Below are positions 52,901 through 64,000 of a stretch of 64,000 nucleotides of DNA, one piece after another. Both the position numbers and the translations under genes were made by a program. The stretch is from Tubiluchus corallicola (lineage: Eukaryota; Animalia; Priapulida): positions 62,001 to 126,000 of the forward strand of contig JAQGDQ010000275.1 in the NCBI GenBank assembly GCA_030141605.1. The letters are read 5' to 3'. The notes beneath the pieces were generated by a model, which ran no database searches, was not told where the DNA came from, and worked only from the letters and a program-made list of their open reading frames with translations. Each line of letters starts with the position of its first letter. Within the stretch, counting starts at the first letter, position 1.

Positions 52901-54492
52901 TGACGTAACGCTGGCAGGCGATGAATTTAATACTGACGTGCCCAAGCCGAGAGACGTTTGGCTCGACGTTCGCTGCATCTTCCACGACACAGTGCATTTT
53001 GACCGCTTTGATAATTTCAGTAGAGAGCAATACTGGTCAAGACGGGGGGGGGGGGTTTCTGTTGACCAAACCTGTTAGGTCGATTTCACAGTGAGGACGC
53101 AAGGAAAAATGACGCACGGAATTGTTGCCAGAAAATCAGAAAGTTTTCTGAAATTTTCGATTTTTCTCAAAATCCCATGCAGCAAGAAAGTTCATTTCAC
53201 AGTGAAATCGCGATTTTTCCCGCGCGTCTAGTTAGCTGCAGTTACTTTGCGAGTTTTATACTGTATAACCATGTCTAAATTAAGTTATATTTGCCGTATT
53301 TCTCATATACAGGGTACATTTGTATTGTTAGTCAATGTACTGTCAGACCAGTTTGTTTTTTAGTAAAGTTCTACTAACCACTTCAAAATTTGAAAATATT
53401 CATATATAAAATAAATAATGGCGTGCATTATTTTTTTTCACGAATATAGCCATCGCTGTTGCATTAAAAACACAAAATCATTAGTCTGTTAAAAGAGAGA
53501 TTAAATCTTAGAAACTTACGCTGAAATGTGTTAATTGTTGTTCGTTAAATAAGAAAGAAGTAATTGGTTAGTTAAATTTAAGACTGAATTCTTCGAGGAT
53601 TTCTAATGAAAACGGAATATGCAGTATTTCTAGCATGCGGCATTATTTCTCACGAGGAGGACGCATAGCTTCTAGCTGGCAGCAGAATTCTTCACGAGGA
53701 ACTGCGCGAGGGATTTTGCCTCGCGTTCTCACTGTGAAATGCACCGTAGAAAACAATGTGTTCCATTTTCATGAGGAATGCCGCAAGGAACGTTCTCACT
53801 GTGAAATGCACCGTAGAAAACAATGAGTTCCATTTTCGCGAGGAATGCCGCAAGAAATTTCTCCTCGAAGCATTTTCTGCGCGTCGGGGCCAACTTGCAA
53901 ATTTACGAAACGTGCAAAAGTTAAAGACCTAACTATGGCAGACTTGCCACTGGACGCTATTTCACGAAATTCAAGATTTATTCTATAAATGAATAAATAA
54001 ATCTGTTATTAAACGAAGCAGTCATTTAGTGGTTGAGCGTTACATACATGTTGAAAAAACACAACTTACTATTATTATTGACATTTATACATATATTAAA
54101 ATTGTATAAAAGAAAGAATTAGCAGGCGCATGCGCACTTACGCTGATCCTATAAGACATAAAAAGATGCACAAAAATAAAATTTCTAAAAACAATATACT
54201 AAAATTGAATATCTCTTATTAAAAAGCTCCTAATAAAATGCACCTAATATGAATTATATACTATATGCATCACGTTTTATACAATAATGCGATTTGGAGA
54301 GAGCCAACTACGCCAATGACAATGTTACATGTTTCGGATAAAGTTGCAATAGAACAGTAAATTAACATTAGCTAATCTTTTAGTGAAGACTGACAAACTG
54401 GTAGCGAGAACTACATGAAACTTACTTTGTGCGCTGACGTTTATGAAACAGCATGAGGCTATGATAGCCAGCACTCCTTTAATTCCTGCCAT
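37952..54492 (-). CDS. Secreted galaxin-like tandem di-cysteine repeat protein (~515 aa)
   Basis: Minus-strand exons 54492-54426 (signal peptide MAGIKGVLAIIASCCFINVSAQ), 47145-46929, 46015-45848, 45107-44941, 43773-43578, 42118-41950, 40209-40003, 38614-38459, 38152-37952, all phases compatible. About 25 CC pairs of the type CCGxxxYDxxxQxCC and many NxS/T sequons. Last exon boundary less certain. Confidence 0.85.
42450..42810 (+). repeat. Interspersed repeat family A, copy 3
   Basis: Colinear with 6400-6760 (GCTTACCTG..AAAGACTTA; AAAATGGCTGCGCCTAACGGTCATCG). Confidence 0.8.
43889..44093. mobile_element. MITE with ~30-bp imperfect TIRs
   Basis: TTAA|GTGGGTTTACCTAGCATTCAGAATGCGTATGCG ... CGTATACGCATTCCAGATGCTAGGGAAACGCCAC|TTAA. 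Confidence 0.75.
44218..44302 (+). mobile_element. tRNA-derived SINE head or tRNA pseudogene
   Basis: A-box-like GACTGAGTGGT and B-box GAGTTCGAATC; no intact cloverleaf. Confidence 0.45.
44445..44850 (+). mobile_element. Kolobok-like family B, truncated copy 3
   Basis: Shares CGCATTCTTCCA..AATGAC, ACCACGATG(C/T)GCTTAC, TTGCAAATTTCTTTGTTAT and AACCCAACAT with 32198-32738. Confidence 0.7.
45165..45540 (+). mobile_element. Interspersed repeat family C (probably hAT-derived); second copy at ~58985-59255
   Basis: GACGGAGCCACCCTC..CATTTACATAG(T/C)TTGAAGTAAA..AAATTCTTTA..AACTAGA shared by both loci. Confidence 0.7.
46253..46560. repeat. Compound (CA/CG)n-(CT)n microsatellite
   Basis: Direct reading. 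Confidence 0.95.
47880..48510 (+). mobile_element. Decayed non-LTR retrotransposon (L2/Crack/CR1 group) 3' fragment
   Basis: KYTDDTTLIE at 47893 (RT YADD-like) and C-terminal LHHLFP..YN..LPRYKTSRYKHSCVP; interrupted by stops and frameshifts. Confidence 0.7.
49631..50215. repeat. Long compound trinucleotide repeat (GAT/CAT/CGT/CAA/CAG)
   Basis: Direct reading; explains six low-complexity ORFs. Confidence 0.95.
52374..52499. mobile_element. Small foldback element with a central degenerate (TTAGGG)n tract
   Basis: AGTTTACAATTTCCCACACA ... TGTGTGGGGAATTGTAAACT inverted repeats around TTAGGG-like units. Confidence 0.7.
53078..53860. mobile_element. Harbinger-like non-autonomous element with a tandemly duplicated right end
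   Basis: GGTCGATTTCACAGTGAGGACGC (53078) versus GCGTTCTCACTGTGAAATGCACC (ends 53745); a 67-bp unit holding the right TIR is repeated at 53724 and 53791. Confidence 0.7.
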
Positions 54493-55059
54493 CTGAAAGC
54501 AAAGCAATACGTAGAGTAGTAACTATTCTTTTAGTTTCTCATAATAATGATTAATACGCAACGTGCATATTTGTCACAAAATTTCAAAATAATTTCAAAA
54601 TGTTTGCTCGCATGATAGTCTATGAAAACACAGTTTTGATAACCCAACACGTCAATTTCAGCACAACTTAATTGAACATCAAACAGGCTCTTACTTTATG
54701 TTGGTTACACAAATAAATTAAATTGGCATTAATTAACAATTCGGCACTTTAATTGGACCTAATTAGACTTGATATAACACTGTCTTTGTTAAGAGCTGTA
54801 ACAAATAATCAACAATAATACTTCAATACATCTAAGCAATTCACAGAACTTATAAAAACATTTTATTTTTAGTACTAACCGGTTTCCGCAGAAGCAAATC
54901 TTCCTCGAGGTTGGAAAATTTAGAATTCCAGACAATAAATCAACAGCAGAAATCAGTCAGTGAAAATCTTAATGAGAGTCTTATGAAATTTCTTATCATG
55001 GAAAAATAAATTATTGTATTAACAAAAAAATCAGTCTAAAACAATTTTTATACTGATCA

Positions 55060-55301
55060 CCTGTGTAAGAGTCTAGATACGCCCCTCCAGAATATACCCT
55101 GGTATAGTTTAGCCTAGGCCAGATTAAACACCTATTAAAATCATCATTAAAACTGTTCTAGGGGAATATATTTTAGACTGGCTTATAAGCGTAGGTATAA
55201 ACTGGCCTAACCCAAACTATAACCCGGGCGTAAAACAGCCTAGTCTGGAACAACCCCGGGTACATTCTGAGCATGGGGTATACTTCAGGATGATGCACCG
55301 G
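55060..55301. mobile_element. Palindromic MITE
   Basis: CAGAATATACCCTGG versus CCGGGGTACATTCTG, and TATAGTTTAGCCTAGGCCAG versus CTGGCCTAACCCAAACTATA. Confidence 0.6.
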
Positions 55302-55808
55302 GATTGTTAAAAAACGAATGAGAAGCAAGTTGAGCATACCTGCGAAGATTAAGTTATTACAAGGAGCGATTTTTAGCACGGAAAATAATTTCTTTTATCA
55401 ACAACTAATGATATTTTGAAAATAAAAATATGCAAAAATACTTAATCAGTAAAACATTGCTGCACGATTGTTTTCTATGTAAAACTCGTGTGTTTCATTT
55501 ATTGCCATAAAAGGAGAAAACTAATCAACGAATAACTGTGTCTTTAATTTACTTATGCACAGTCCTTTATTTTAAACATTCGGCGACGACGAACAATTTG
55601 TTAGGATTATGTTTTTAACAAAGTATCATTTTGTATCATTGTAATATTTAAATCTTATAAATGTATAGATTCTGTATTATTTTGTCTGAATGAGCAATTA
55701 ACATAAGCTCCAAAGAGCTTTTTGGTCGACTGTAAATAACAATCTACTACTACATAACAGAGACTCTTTATAACCCAAGTCTTTGGTATGACCCGGCCGC
55801 TGTGTCGA

Positions 55809-56442
55809 ACTCACGACCTCCCAGGGAAAACGGGCGCGTTACCGCTAGACTAAACTGTCTGGTATAAATTTTTATTTATAAATAATAATATATAAGTAAT
55901 AATTTTGTATATTGTTAACAGTAAACAACAGTAAACAAGCCTCACCTGGAAAAAGCCAGAAAACTTTTTTTAGTCGATAAAATTATTTCACTTTTCAAAA
56001 CACGTGAAGTTTAGGCACAGCAGTGCAGTTTGAAACTGTCATTTTCATCCTGTTCGCAGCTAGCTCGTTTGTTGTTTTAGTAGTTACAGTTAATTACTGC
56101 AATCACACAAATTACTGTCATTTTCACGGGGTGTGAGCTCTCACGCATTGCAAAACGTGTTCCTGTCGGTCCCAAATTTGTTTATTTTCACCTTGAAACA
56201 GTCAGTGGGCCTCTACAGGATGTCGATCCAGAAACTTCCAATTAATCAACAAAACGTTTCAGCTCCCATCTTCCTCTGACGTCATTTGGGACAATGACAG
56301 TTAGTGAGTTACACAAACAAAAGGATTATAAAAATGTATTATAATTTTTTGTTTATAAATTATTATTTATAAATAAAATTTTATACCAAACTGTTTAGTC
56401 TAGTGGTAAAGGGTCCGCTTTCCGTCAGGGAGGTCGTGAGTT
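55809..56442. repeat. Pair of ~80-bp inverted repeats made of tRNA-SINE heads, flanking ~470 bp
   Basis: The reverse complement of 55809-55890 matches 56359-56442 (TTTAGTCTAG(C/T)GGTAA A-box; GGGAGGTCGTGAGTT B-box region). Confidence 0.85.
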
Positions 56443-58044
56443 AGGTTTTGAGTTTAGAGAAAGTGGAAAACTATGCTGGTATTATAATAATTGTTTATAA
56501 TAACTTTATTTACTATCATTACAACCAAAGGGATGAATTACAGTATAGCATAAAATTACAAAATATAAAAATTTAAAAAAGAATAACCAAGTTAGAACAT
56601 ACATAAACATAGACACATAAACGAAATAAATTAAAATTAAATGACTCAAAACTTAAGTTTGGAAATTAAATAAGCCACATGAGAGAAGACTGTTCCTGAA
56701 TCTCTCTGTTCTGCATCTAGGTAAGGGGTATTTCAGATGGTGGAGAGTTATTCCATATACTCTGTATTACCAAAAGCAGTTAAGCGAATGCTGTTCGAGA
56801 ATTTAAGAAAATGCAAGATGCTTTCAAACAGTGCTTTAGTAAATCTAGTTTTTAGCTAATTTTTATAAAATAATATCACTAATGAATAAAAAAAATGTTT
56901 GAGCAATTAATTCTACGTTAGTGGCAGCATTTATAGGTCTTAGGCAGAACGCCCTGACATTTTTTCGTTCCTCGTTCTTTCAGTCTACCGCTCGCAATTT
57001 CTGGCATTTTAAAAAGACCTTGATGCGGAGAAAAACGGGACCTTTTCTGTGAGCAAAATGTTCGCACGGTAAACAAAAACTAGTCCAATAATAACAGTTA
57101 ATTTTCTGCAAATATGAACTATCCTTTTACTGAAAAATGTTTGCAGTATTATTTGTGTGTCAACTGAAAATTGGCCTACGAATAAACGGACGCACGATTG
57201 TAGAGGACTTGCGAAAGAAAGTACGTAACTACCACAGAATGTAAAATTCAACTAAGAAAAACAGTTATTGGATCCGTTATCTGCTGTATTCCATGTACTT
57301 TTCGTGTTTTAAACTGAATTTCGAATAGAAAGAATTGCTTCTGATACCATTTTGTCATTTTATGCATGACAAACCTTGAATAGAATCTAAGTCGGTGACT
57401 TATTACTTCGCACAAGTCTATTTCAGAATGCCTGTCACAAATTGCTGTTAGTATAATAAATACTATAGTAATTATAAAATTTCATAAGTGTGCTATACTT
57501 CTCAGAGCAGGAGAAATAACAATTACAATGATTTCTCCATTTATTTTACTAACATACTAACCATAAGCTTTAAATATTTACAAAATTTTATTCATAACTG
57601 TCATAATTAAACATCCTCATAATTATTGCCTTCCCGGTGACTCCTATAAGCCGCGGCTTCTTTGGTCTCCCTAAAACACACATAATCTAATGTTGTTGTT
57701 TATGTTAATAAGTCGACAAACGCACAGATTATTGGCAATATCTATTTTATGTACCGTCATCTGAAGTCTATTTTAAACCTTGTTGTTGTGTTAACTCAAA
57801 CAAAGTGAAATTGAAATTGAAAAGCTGCTATAGTGCTGTATACGTATTATGCCAGATCTGCTACATATGTGAAAAGCGTGAGTTGCAGGTTCTCTCACAT
57901 TTTATTACGTTTTTAATGGAGGCCAATTTGTTCTTTTTTGGTAAATGCTTTAATTTATTTAGTTTCAAGACATGATTCACTAAACTTGTTATGTTCCAGT
58001 CATGACAGGAAAAACACGAAGAAATTGTTATTTCTAAGGCTGAT

Positions 58045-58960
58045 AATATTGTATAAACTTTGTATGTCTTATAAACTTTGTATATTGTATATACCTTTTA
58101 TGTTGTATAAACTTTGTATGTTGTATATGCTTTGTATATTGTACAAACTTTGTATGTTGTATAGACTTTGTATGTTGTATAAGCTTTGTATATTGTACAA
58201 ACTTTGTATTTTGTGCAAACTTTGTATGTTGAATAGACTTTGTATGCTGTATAAGCTTTGTATATTGTACAAACTTTGTATGTTGCAGAGACTTTGTATG
58301 TTGTATAAGCTTTGTACATTGTACAAACTTTGTATGTTGCATAAGCTTTGTATATTGTACAAACTTTGTATGTTGTATAAGCTTTGTATATTGTATAAGC
58401 TTTGCATATTGTACAAACTTTGTATATTGTATAAAATTTGCATATTGTGTAAACTTTGGACATTGTATAAACTTTGTATGTTTTATAAACTTTGTATGTT
58501 GCATAAGCTTTGTATATTGTACAAACTTTGTATGTTGTATAAGCTTTGTATGTTGCATAAGCTTTGTATATTGTACAAACTTTGTATGTTGTATATGCTT
58601 TGTATATTGTACAAACTTTGTATGTTGTATAGACTTTGTATGTTGTATAAGCTTTGTATATTGTACAAACTTTGTATATTGTGCAAACTTTGTATGTTGT
58701 ATAGACTTTGTATGTTGTATAAGCTTTGTATATTGTACAAACTTTGTATGCTTCAGAGACTTTGTATGTTGTATAAGCTTTGTACATTGTACAAACTTTG
58801 TATGTTGCATAAGCTTTGCATATTGTACAAACTTTGTATGTTGTATAAGCTTTGTGTATTGCGTAAACTTTGTATATTTTATAAACTTTGTATGTTGTAT
58901 AAACTTTGTATATTTTATAAACTTTGTATATTGTATAAACTGTGTATAGTGTGTAAACTT
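58045..58960. repeat. 18-bp minisatellite (AAACTTTGTATGTTGTAT)n, ~50 units, with higher-order duplication
   Basis: Direct reading; the variant pattern recurs at offset 468 (26 units). Confidence 0.97.
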
Positions 58961-59419
58961 CTACGTGTTAAAAAATATGTAGCCCACTTAGACGGAGCCA
59001 CCCTCAAATTCGCCTGCCCCGCCTTTGAATATTTCTTATTCGACATGTATTTTAGCGACATTTACATAGCTTGAAGTAAATTTACTGGAAATTCTTTAAA
59101 TCAACTAGAATAGCTGTTTTTGTTTGTCAATAAAAATACTTTTTAAGAAATATCAGTATATTATTATTTTTTGCAAACTAAATTAGCACATAATGCAACG
59201 CAAGCCTGGTGGAATTTTTTTTTACTAAATGTTATCAAAGCTTGAGGCCCCTCATTTTTATGCAATAGATGAAACTCAATTTAGAAAACTTGACATGGCA
59301 AACATGCTTGTGCAGATTTTATTCTTAAGTGATGTAAATTTTTGTTATATAAATTTTATACACTATGTAAATTAGTCTAGTTTGAAGTTTATTTATTTAA
59401 AGTAGATTTACAATACAGA

Positions 59420-59875
59420 CTATGCCTGATACAGGTATCTCGGCGGTGCTAGTGCTAAATGTAAAGTGTTGATAAAAGAATAATGGGCATCACAACTAAT
59501 GCTACATTTAATGAAATCTTAAAAACAAAATGGCCATATATCATTTCAGATTTAGCAGATGTATAACAGAACCAAGAAGGATCGTTGGAGCACTAAAATT
59601 AGAATCACAAGACTAAGATGGGTAAGGTATTTAATGGGATTGCCTTAAACAATACCAGTAAGATTAGCATTAAACGAGATACCGCTAAATGGCTTCCAGG
59701 CAAAACCAAAAAACAGCTTGGATATTAAAAATTAATGAAGATTTACAACAGCTGAGACCAAATTTAACAATAGCACCACATGAGTTGAACATTTTAGCTG
59801 CAGACAGAAAACAGTGGAGTGCTCTAACAAATGACAGAGGCTCTATGTCTACATAGGCTCTAGAGATGTTTAGAG
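59420..59875 (+). mobile_element. Decayed RTE-like LINE 3' fragment
   Basis: Reads ...RITRLRWVRYLMGLP*TIPVRLA..RPKTAW..INEDLQQ..AADRKQW across frameshifts, resembling RTE ORF2 C-termini. Confidence 0.55.
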
Positions 59876-61104
59876 CAACAGAAGAAAAATAAAACAATTG
59901 GCAGAACATTTGATAAATTATGTAAACGTACATTTTTTACAAAATGTAAAATTATCGCCTGTGCTTACACGGATAAACGTACACAATGCATTGAAATACC
60001 AATTCTACGTTTTGTCTTCTATTGGCGAGATTGTCCATCAGTTACACAAACCGTCTGTTCTAGTCGTACAGCAATTTTGTTCTTACAATAAAGCAAAGTT
60101 TAAACTTATACGTTTTCTCGTCGCTTTCTAGCCTTCTTACACATTGTTTCTGCCATGAATAAATTTTCTTGATGATTTCGATTTGAGCACGTCACGAATA
60201 TAATTAAGTTCATTCATCATTTTGATACATGGTTAGACCTTATCAAACTTATTATCCTATCAGAGCCGACATCATGCTGCATTCAATGAGACGCCGCTGG
60301 CTATTACAGAAGTGCTGCATCCGCTCTGCTTCGCTCGCAAGTAATTCATTGTTATGTAATCGGTTTATGATAAACCTCTGTAACTGAAACAGTCCAGTGT
60401 TTTCCTTGCATTGCCTAGCCAGAGAATCAGCCCGCCATTTTAGTGAGGAGATCTACAAGTTTCCCGGAAAATTTACAATTTAAATTACTATCAATTCCTC
60501 GGTACGCGTACTATAACATTTAAGCATACAAACTTGTTTTATTATTTAATTTTTGTAATATTTGAATGAAGAGATGGTTATGAAATAATCTAGTATGGTC
60601 GTCGAAAAAGTATGGCAAGTTAACATAACAATGATAAAAACTTTTTTGTTAAATCCATGTAACAGTTTATAGCGATAATCATAAAAGACACTTTTCGAAG
60701 TGAAAAGCTAATTTTGTCTAAAATGCTGTTTAAATTACCAGATGTGCATTTTAGCTCTTATTAGTTCTACCGTTGTATAAGTCAAAAACATTCCACTCTT
60801 CTTCTGGAATTATTAAAGCACATCAAGTATCTGCCCGGCGTCTCTATTTTCTTCTTCCTTTGCGCATCAATGATCAATATGGGCTTCATCTCTCACTAAA
60901 TCCAGGAATCCTCCTGTGAACCAAACAGCTGTCAGGCGCTTGTAATCACTGCCATCCCTTTGTTGAAGGTCTGTGCATTGGTAAACACTTGTCCACAGCA
61001 GTATAATATTGACTACCGTAGCTACTTAAACACCCAGCAGCGCTTTTAGAAGCAGCGAAACTTACTCGTATCTGGTGATGAAATTTGAAAGCACACGAAA
61101 AGTC

Positions 61105-62230
61105 CTAGGTGGTGGTGGAACTTAGGAATTAAGTAAAACACTTCTAGTGGTAGTGGTGGAACTAAAGAAAGAAGTAGAACTCTCCTAGTGGTAGTGGTGG
61201 AATTTAGGAAGGAAGTAGAATTCTTCTAGTGGAGGTGGTGGGACTTAGGAAAGAAGTAGAACTCTTCTAGTAGAAGTGGTGGAACTTAAGAAAGAAGTAG
61301 AACTCTTCTAGTGGTAGTGGTGGAATTTAGGAAGGAAGTAGAATTCTTCTAGTGGAGGTGGTGGGACTTAGGAAAGAAGTAGAACTCTTCTAGTGGAAGT
61401 GGTGGAACTTAGGAAAGAAATAGAACTCTTTTAGTGGAGGTGGTGGAACTTAGGAAAGAAGTAGAACTCTTCTAGTGGTAGTGGTGGAATTTAGAAAGGA
61501 ACCAGAATTCTTCTAGTGGAGGTGGTGGAACTTAGGAAAGCAGTAGAACTCTTCTAGTGGAAGTGGTGGAACTTAGGAAAGAAGTAGAACTCTTCTAGTG
61601 GAAGTGGTGGAACTTAGGAAAGAAGTAGAACTCTTCTAGTGGAAGTGGTGGAACTTAGAAAGGAAGTAGAACTCTTTTAGTGCAGGTGGTGGAACTTAGG
61701 AAGGAAGTAAAGCTCTTCTAGAGGTAGTGGTGGAAAAAGTTAGGCAAGAAGTAAAGCTCTTTTAGTAATAGTGGTGGAACATAAGAAGGAAGTAAAGCTC
61801 TTCTAGTGGTAGTGGAACTTAGGAAAGAAATTAGGGTCCCTGGTGGTGGTTTTGGAAGTTAGGAAGTCTCTGCAAAGTCTGTTGTGGTGAAACGTAGGAG
61901 GCAAATGAAAATCCTCCAGTGGTGGTTGTAGTGGTGGAATGTGCGAACTGAGCAAGTGGAAGTCCTCTGGTGATGGTGATAGTAGTGAAACGTAGATAAC
62001 AAATGAACGTCCAATTCTGATGATGGTAGTAGTTCAACATACTAAGCAAATGAAAGTTCTTTAGTGGTGGTGGTGGAACATAAGAAAGCAACTGAGGTCT
62101 TCTGGTTTGGTGGTAGTAGTGATGGAAATTATGAAGCAAGTGGAAGTCCTCTGGCGGTGATGGCAGTGGACCGTACTAATCAAGTGAAATCCCCGTGGTG
62201 GTGATTGTAGGACTTGGGAAGCAAGTGAAA
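61105..62230. repeat. 41-bp minisatellite (TAGTGGAAGTGGTGGAACTTAGGAAAGAAGTAGAACTCTTC)n with a decaying right flank
   Basis: About 17 recognisable units at 61105-61830 (period 41, e.g. 61381 and 61422), then progressively diverged units to ~62230. Confidence 0.93.
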
Positions 62231-63240
62231 AGTCAACTGAGAAAACAAAAGCTTTTTGCTGCGGGAGCTGGTACGTAACTAAAAGATCACCTAGATGTAG
62301 AACATGGGAGAAAACTGTAAGAACTTTGATGGTAGGACAGATGGTAGTGCAACGCATACCTTAAGCTCACAGTAATTTTATGGTTTTCATCGCTTTTTGA
62401 AGTCCTTAGCTTGGACTGATCCGAAACACCAAAACATTTAAAAAAATCTCTGCATCACAGTGTAACGTTCTCAGACGTTTTTATGGAAAATTCTAACAAA
62501 TTAAATAAACAAGATGAAATGTACACTCTGTATTTATACATTTAATTAAGTTAAATAAAATGTTATATCACGACTTAGATGGTTAATTAGTGTCTTCTAA
62601 ACGAGACCCAGTTGTTCAGACATCGATTCGTGTGATTATTAAGAATATGGCACTTCTTTTCAATTGCAAGGATCCATTCGAATGGCTGCATTTCCTCTCT
62701 CGTAATTCCCGATCTGATTAAATTAGCCACCAGGACACAAAGCTGCTACCAAACAGCTCGGCTTTTTATCCCAATCGGAAGGGCGGTTCCAAGCGAGGGG
62801 TGTTACGCTTTGGCGTGCTAGTATACCCATAGAAACTTGAACACTCACAAGTAAACGGGCTCCAGAAAAAAATAGGCACACCTAACGTTAATCCACGGGA
62901 AAACGGTGCCCCACCTTCACCTGTTGCGAAAAATAGGGGTGCAAAGATTCTGTCTCTTCACGCTAGGGCGGCGGTGATTCTACATTTCATATCAATCGCT
63001 TCAAACAGTTTGAGCCGATAATTAAACGTTCTAGATGGCTCGCTGGCGCAGTGAAAAGCATAATGAAGTTTTATGCCTGGCATAATTAGAAGCTGCGCGT
63101 GTGAAGCCTAACAGATTTTTCTAGGATCGGGATTGGGGACGTGGCAACATGGCAACACTAGTTGGACAATATCCCGCTAACAAGGCGATAAAATTCCTCT
63201 AGTATACAGCGATTTGTTCATTAAGGCTGGTGTCACTTAC

Positions 63241-63575
63241 ATGTATGTATGTATGTATGTATGTATGTATGTATGTATGTATGTATGTATGTATGTATGT
63301 ATGTATGTATGTATGTATGTATGTATGTATGTATGTATGTATGCATGCATGCATGCATGTATGTATGTATGTATGTATGTATGTATGTATGTATGCATGT
63401 ATGTATGTATGAATGAATGAATGAATGAATGAATGAATGAATGAATGAATGAATGATTGAATGATTGAATGAATGAACGAATGAACGAATGATTGAATGA
63501 ATGAATGAATGAATGAATGAATGAATGAATGAATGAATGAATGAGTGAGTGAATGAACGAACGAACGAATGAATG
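63241..63575. repeat. (TATG)n-(GAAT)n compound tetranucleotide microsatellite
   Basis: Direct reading. Confidence 0.97.
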
Positions 63576-64000
63576 TATTTATATGCAGAATGAAAAACCT
63601 AATTACTTCCCTAAGCCTAGTAAAGTATGACACTTATTAGTGACCGCTTTGTCTGCCTGCAGTCATAACGTGTAACAGATTTATTACATTTATTTGCTAA
63701 ATTATCGATTAGTAAATTCAGAAACCATGTAGAAAAATCTGTTTTTTTGAACTATTTTTAGTTACTTTTGTAGTTTAATTACATTTCTCACATAAATTAA
63801 CTTGGTTTGAATCTGTAGTCGCAGCAATTGTTTTCACTAGTTACTAATTCCTACCAACCTGTAACCAAGTTACTAACCTATTTTGACAGTTATCACTTCA
63901 CCGGACAATTCTAAATTTAAGCTTCTTGATATCATAAGTTACTAATTAGCTCTCATGACTAAATTTGCACTTAATTATAATCTTAATATTAAAATTATAA

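Noticed and set aside
51741-54148. Three candidate micro-exons (7, 28 and 19 nt) in the first galaxin-like intron summing to 54 nt
   Set aside because: Frame preservation has a 1-in-3 chance, one donor is weak, and direct exon 1-2 joining already works; needs RNA evidence.
57938-59074. 378-aa Cys/Leu/Tyr/Lys repeat ORF and its antisense ORFs
   Set aside because: Product of an 18-bp non-coding minisatellite; the 3' end runs into an interspersed repeat and there is no splice or signal context.
61105-61830. CRISPR-like regular array
   Set aside because: Head-to-tail tandem units with no unique spacers, no cas genes, and a eukaryotic context.

Overview
AT-rich, intron-rich genomic DNA from an invertebrate animal (taxon cannot be fixed from sequence alone). 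I assembled five spliced protein-coding genes by hand with phase-consistent GT-AG junctions: (1) a two-zinc-finger GATA factor of the GATA1/2/3 class (+, 4017-11643); (2) an orphan type III single-pass membrane protein whose acidic tail carries several SH2-type tyrosine motifs, built like a LAT/PAG-type transmembrane adaptor (+, 14358-16663); (3) an 11-exon Glu/Leu/Phe/Val dehydrogenase much closer to bacterial leucine dehydrogenase than to animal GLUD (+, 18294-31254); (4) a large R/K/S-rich protamine-like sperm basic protein with RFX- and CRE-like promoter motifs (+, 35037-36370); (5) a secreted galaxin-like tandem Cys-Cys repeat protein (-, 54492-37952). The rest is non-autonomous DNA transposons (Kolobok-, hAT-, Harbinger-, Helentron-like), decayed LINE/SINE pieces, micro- and minisatellites and local tandem duplications, several of which copy exon boundaries. 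Most ORFs in the six-frame track are artefacts of simple repeats. All family assignments come from recalled motifs, not database searches.
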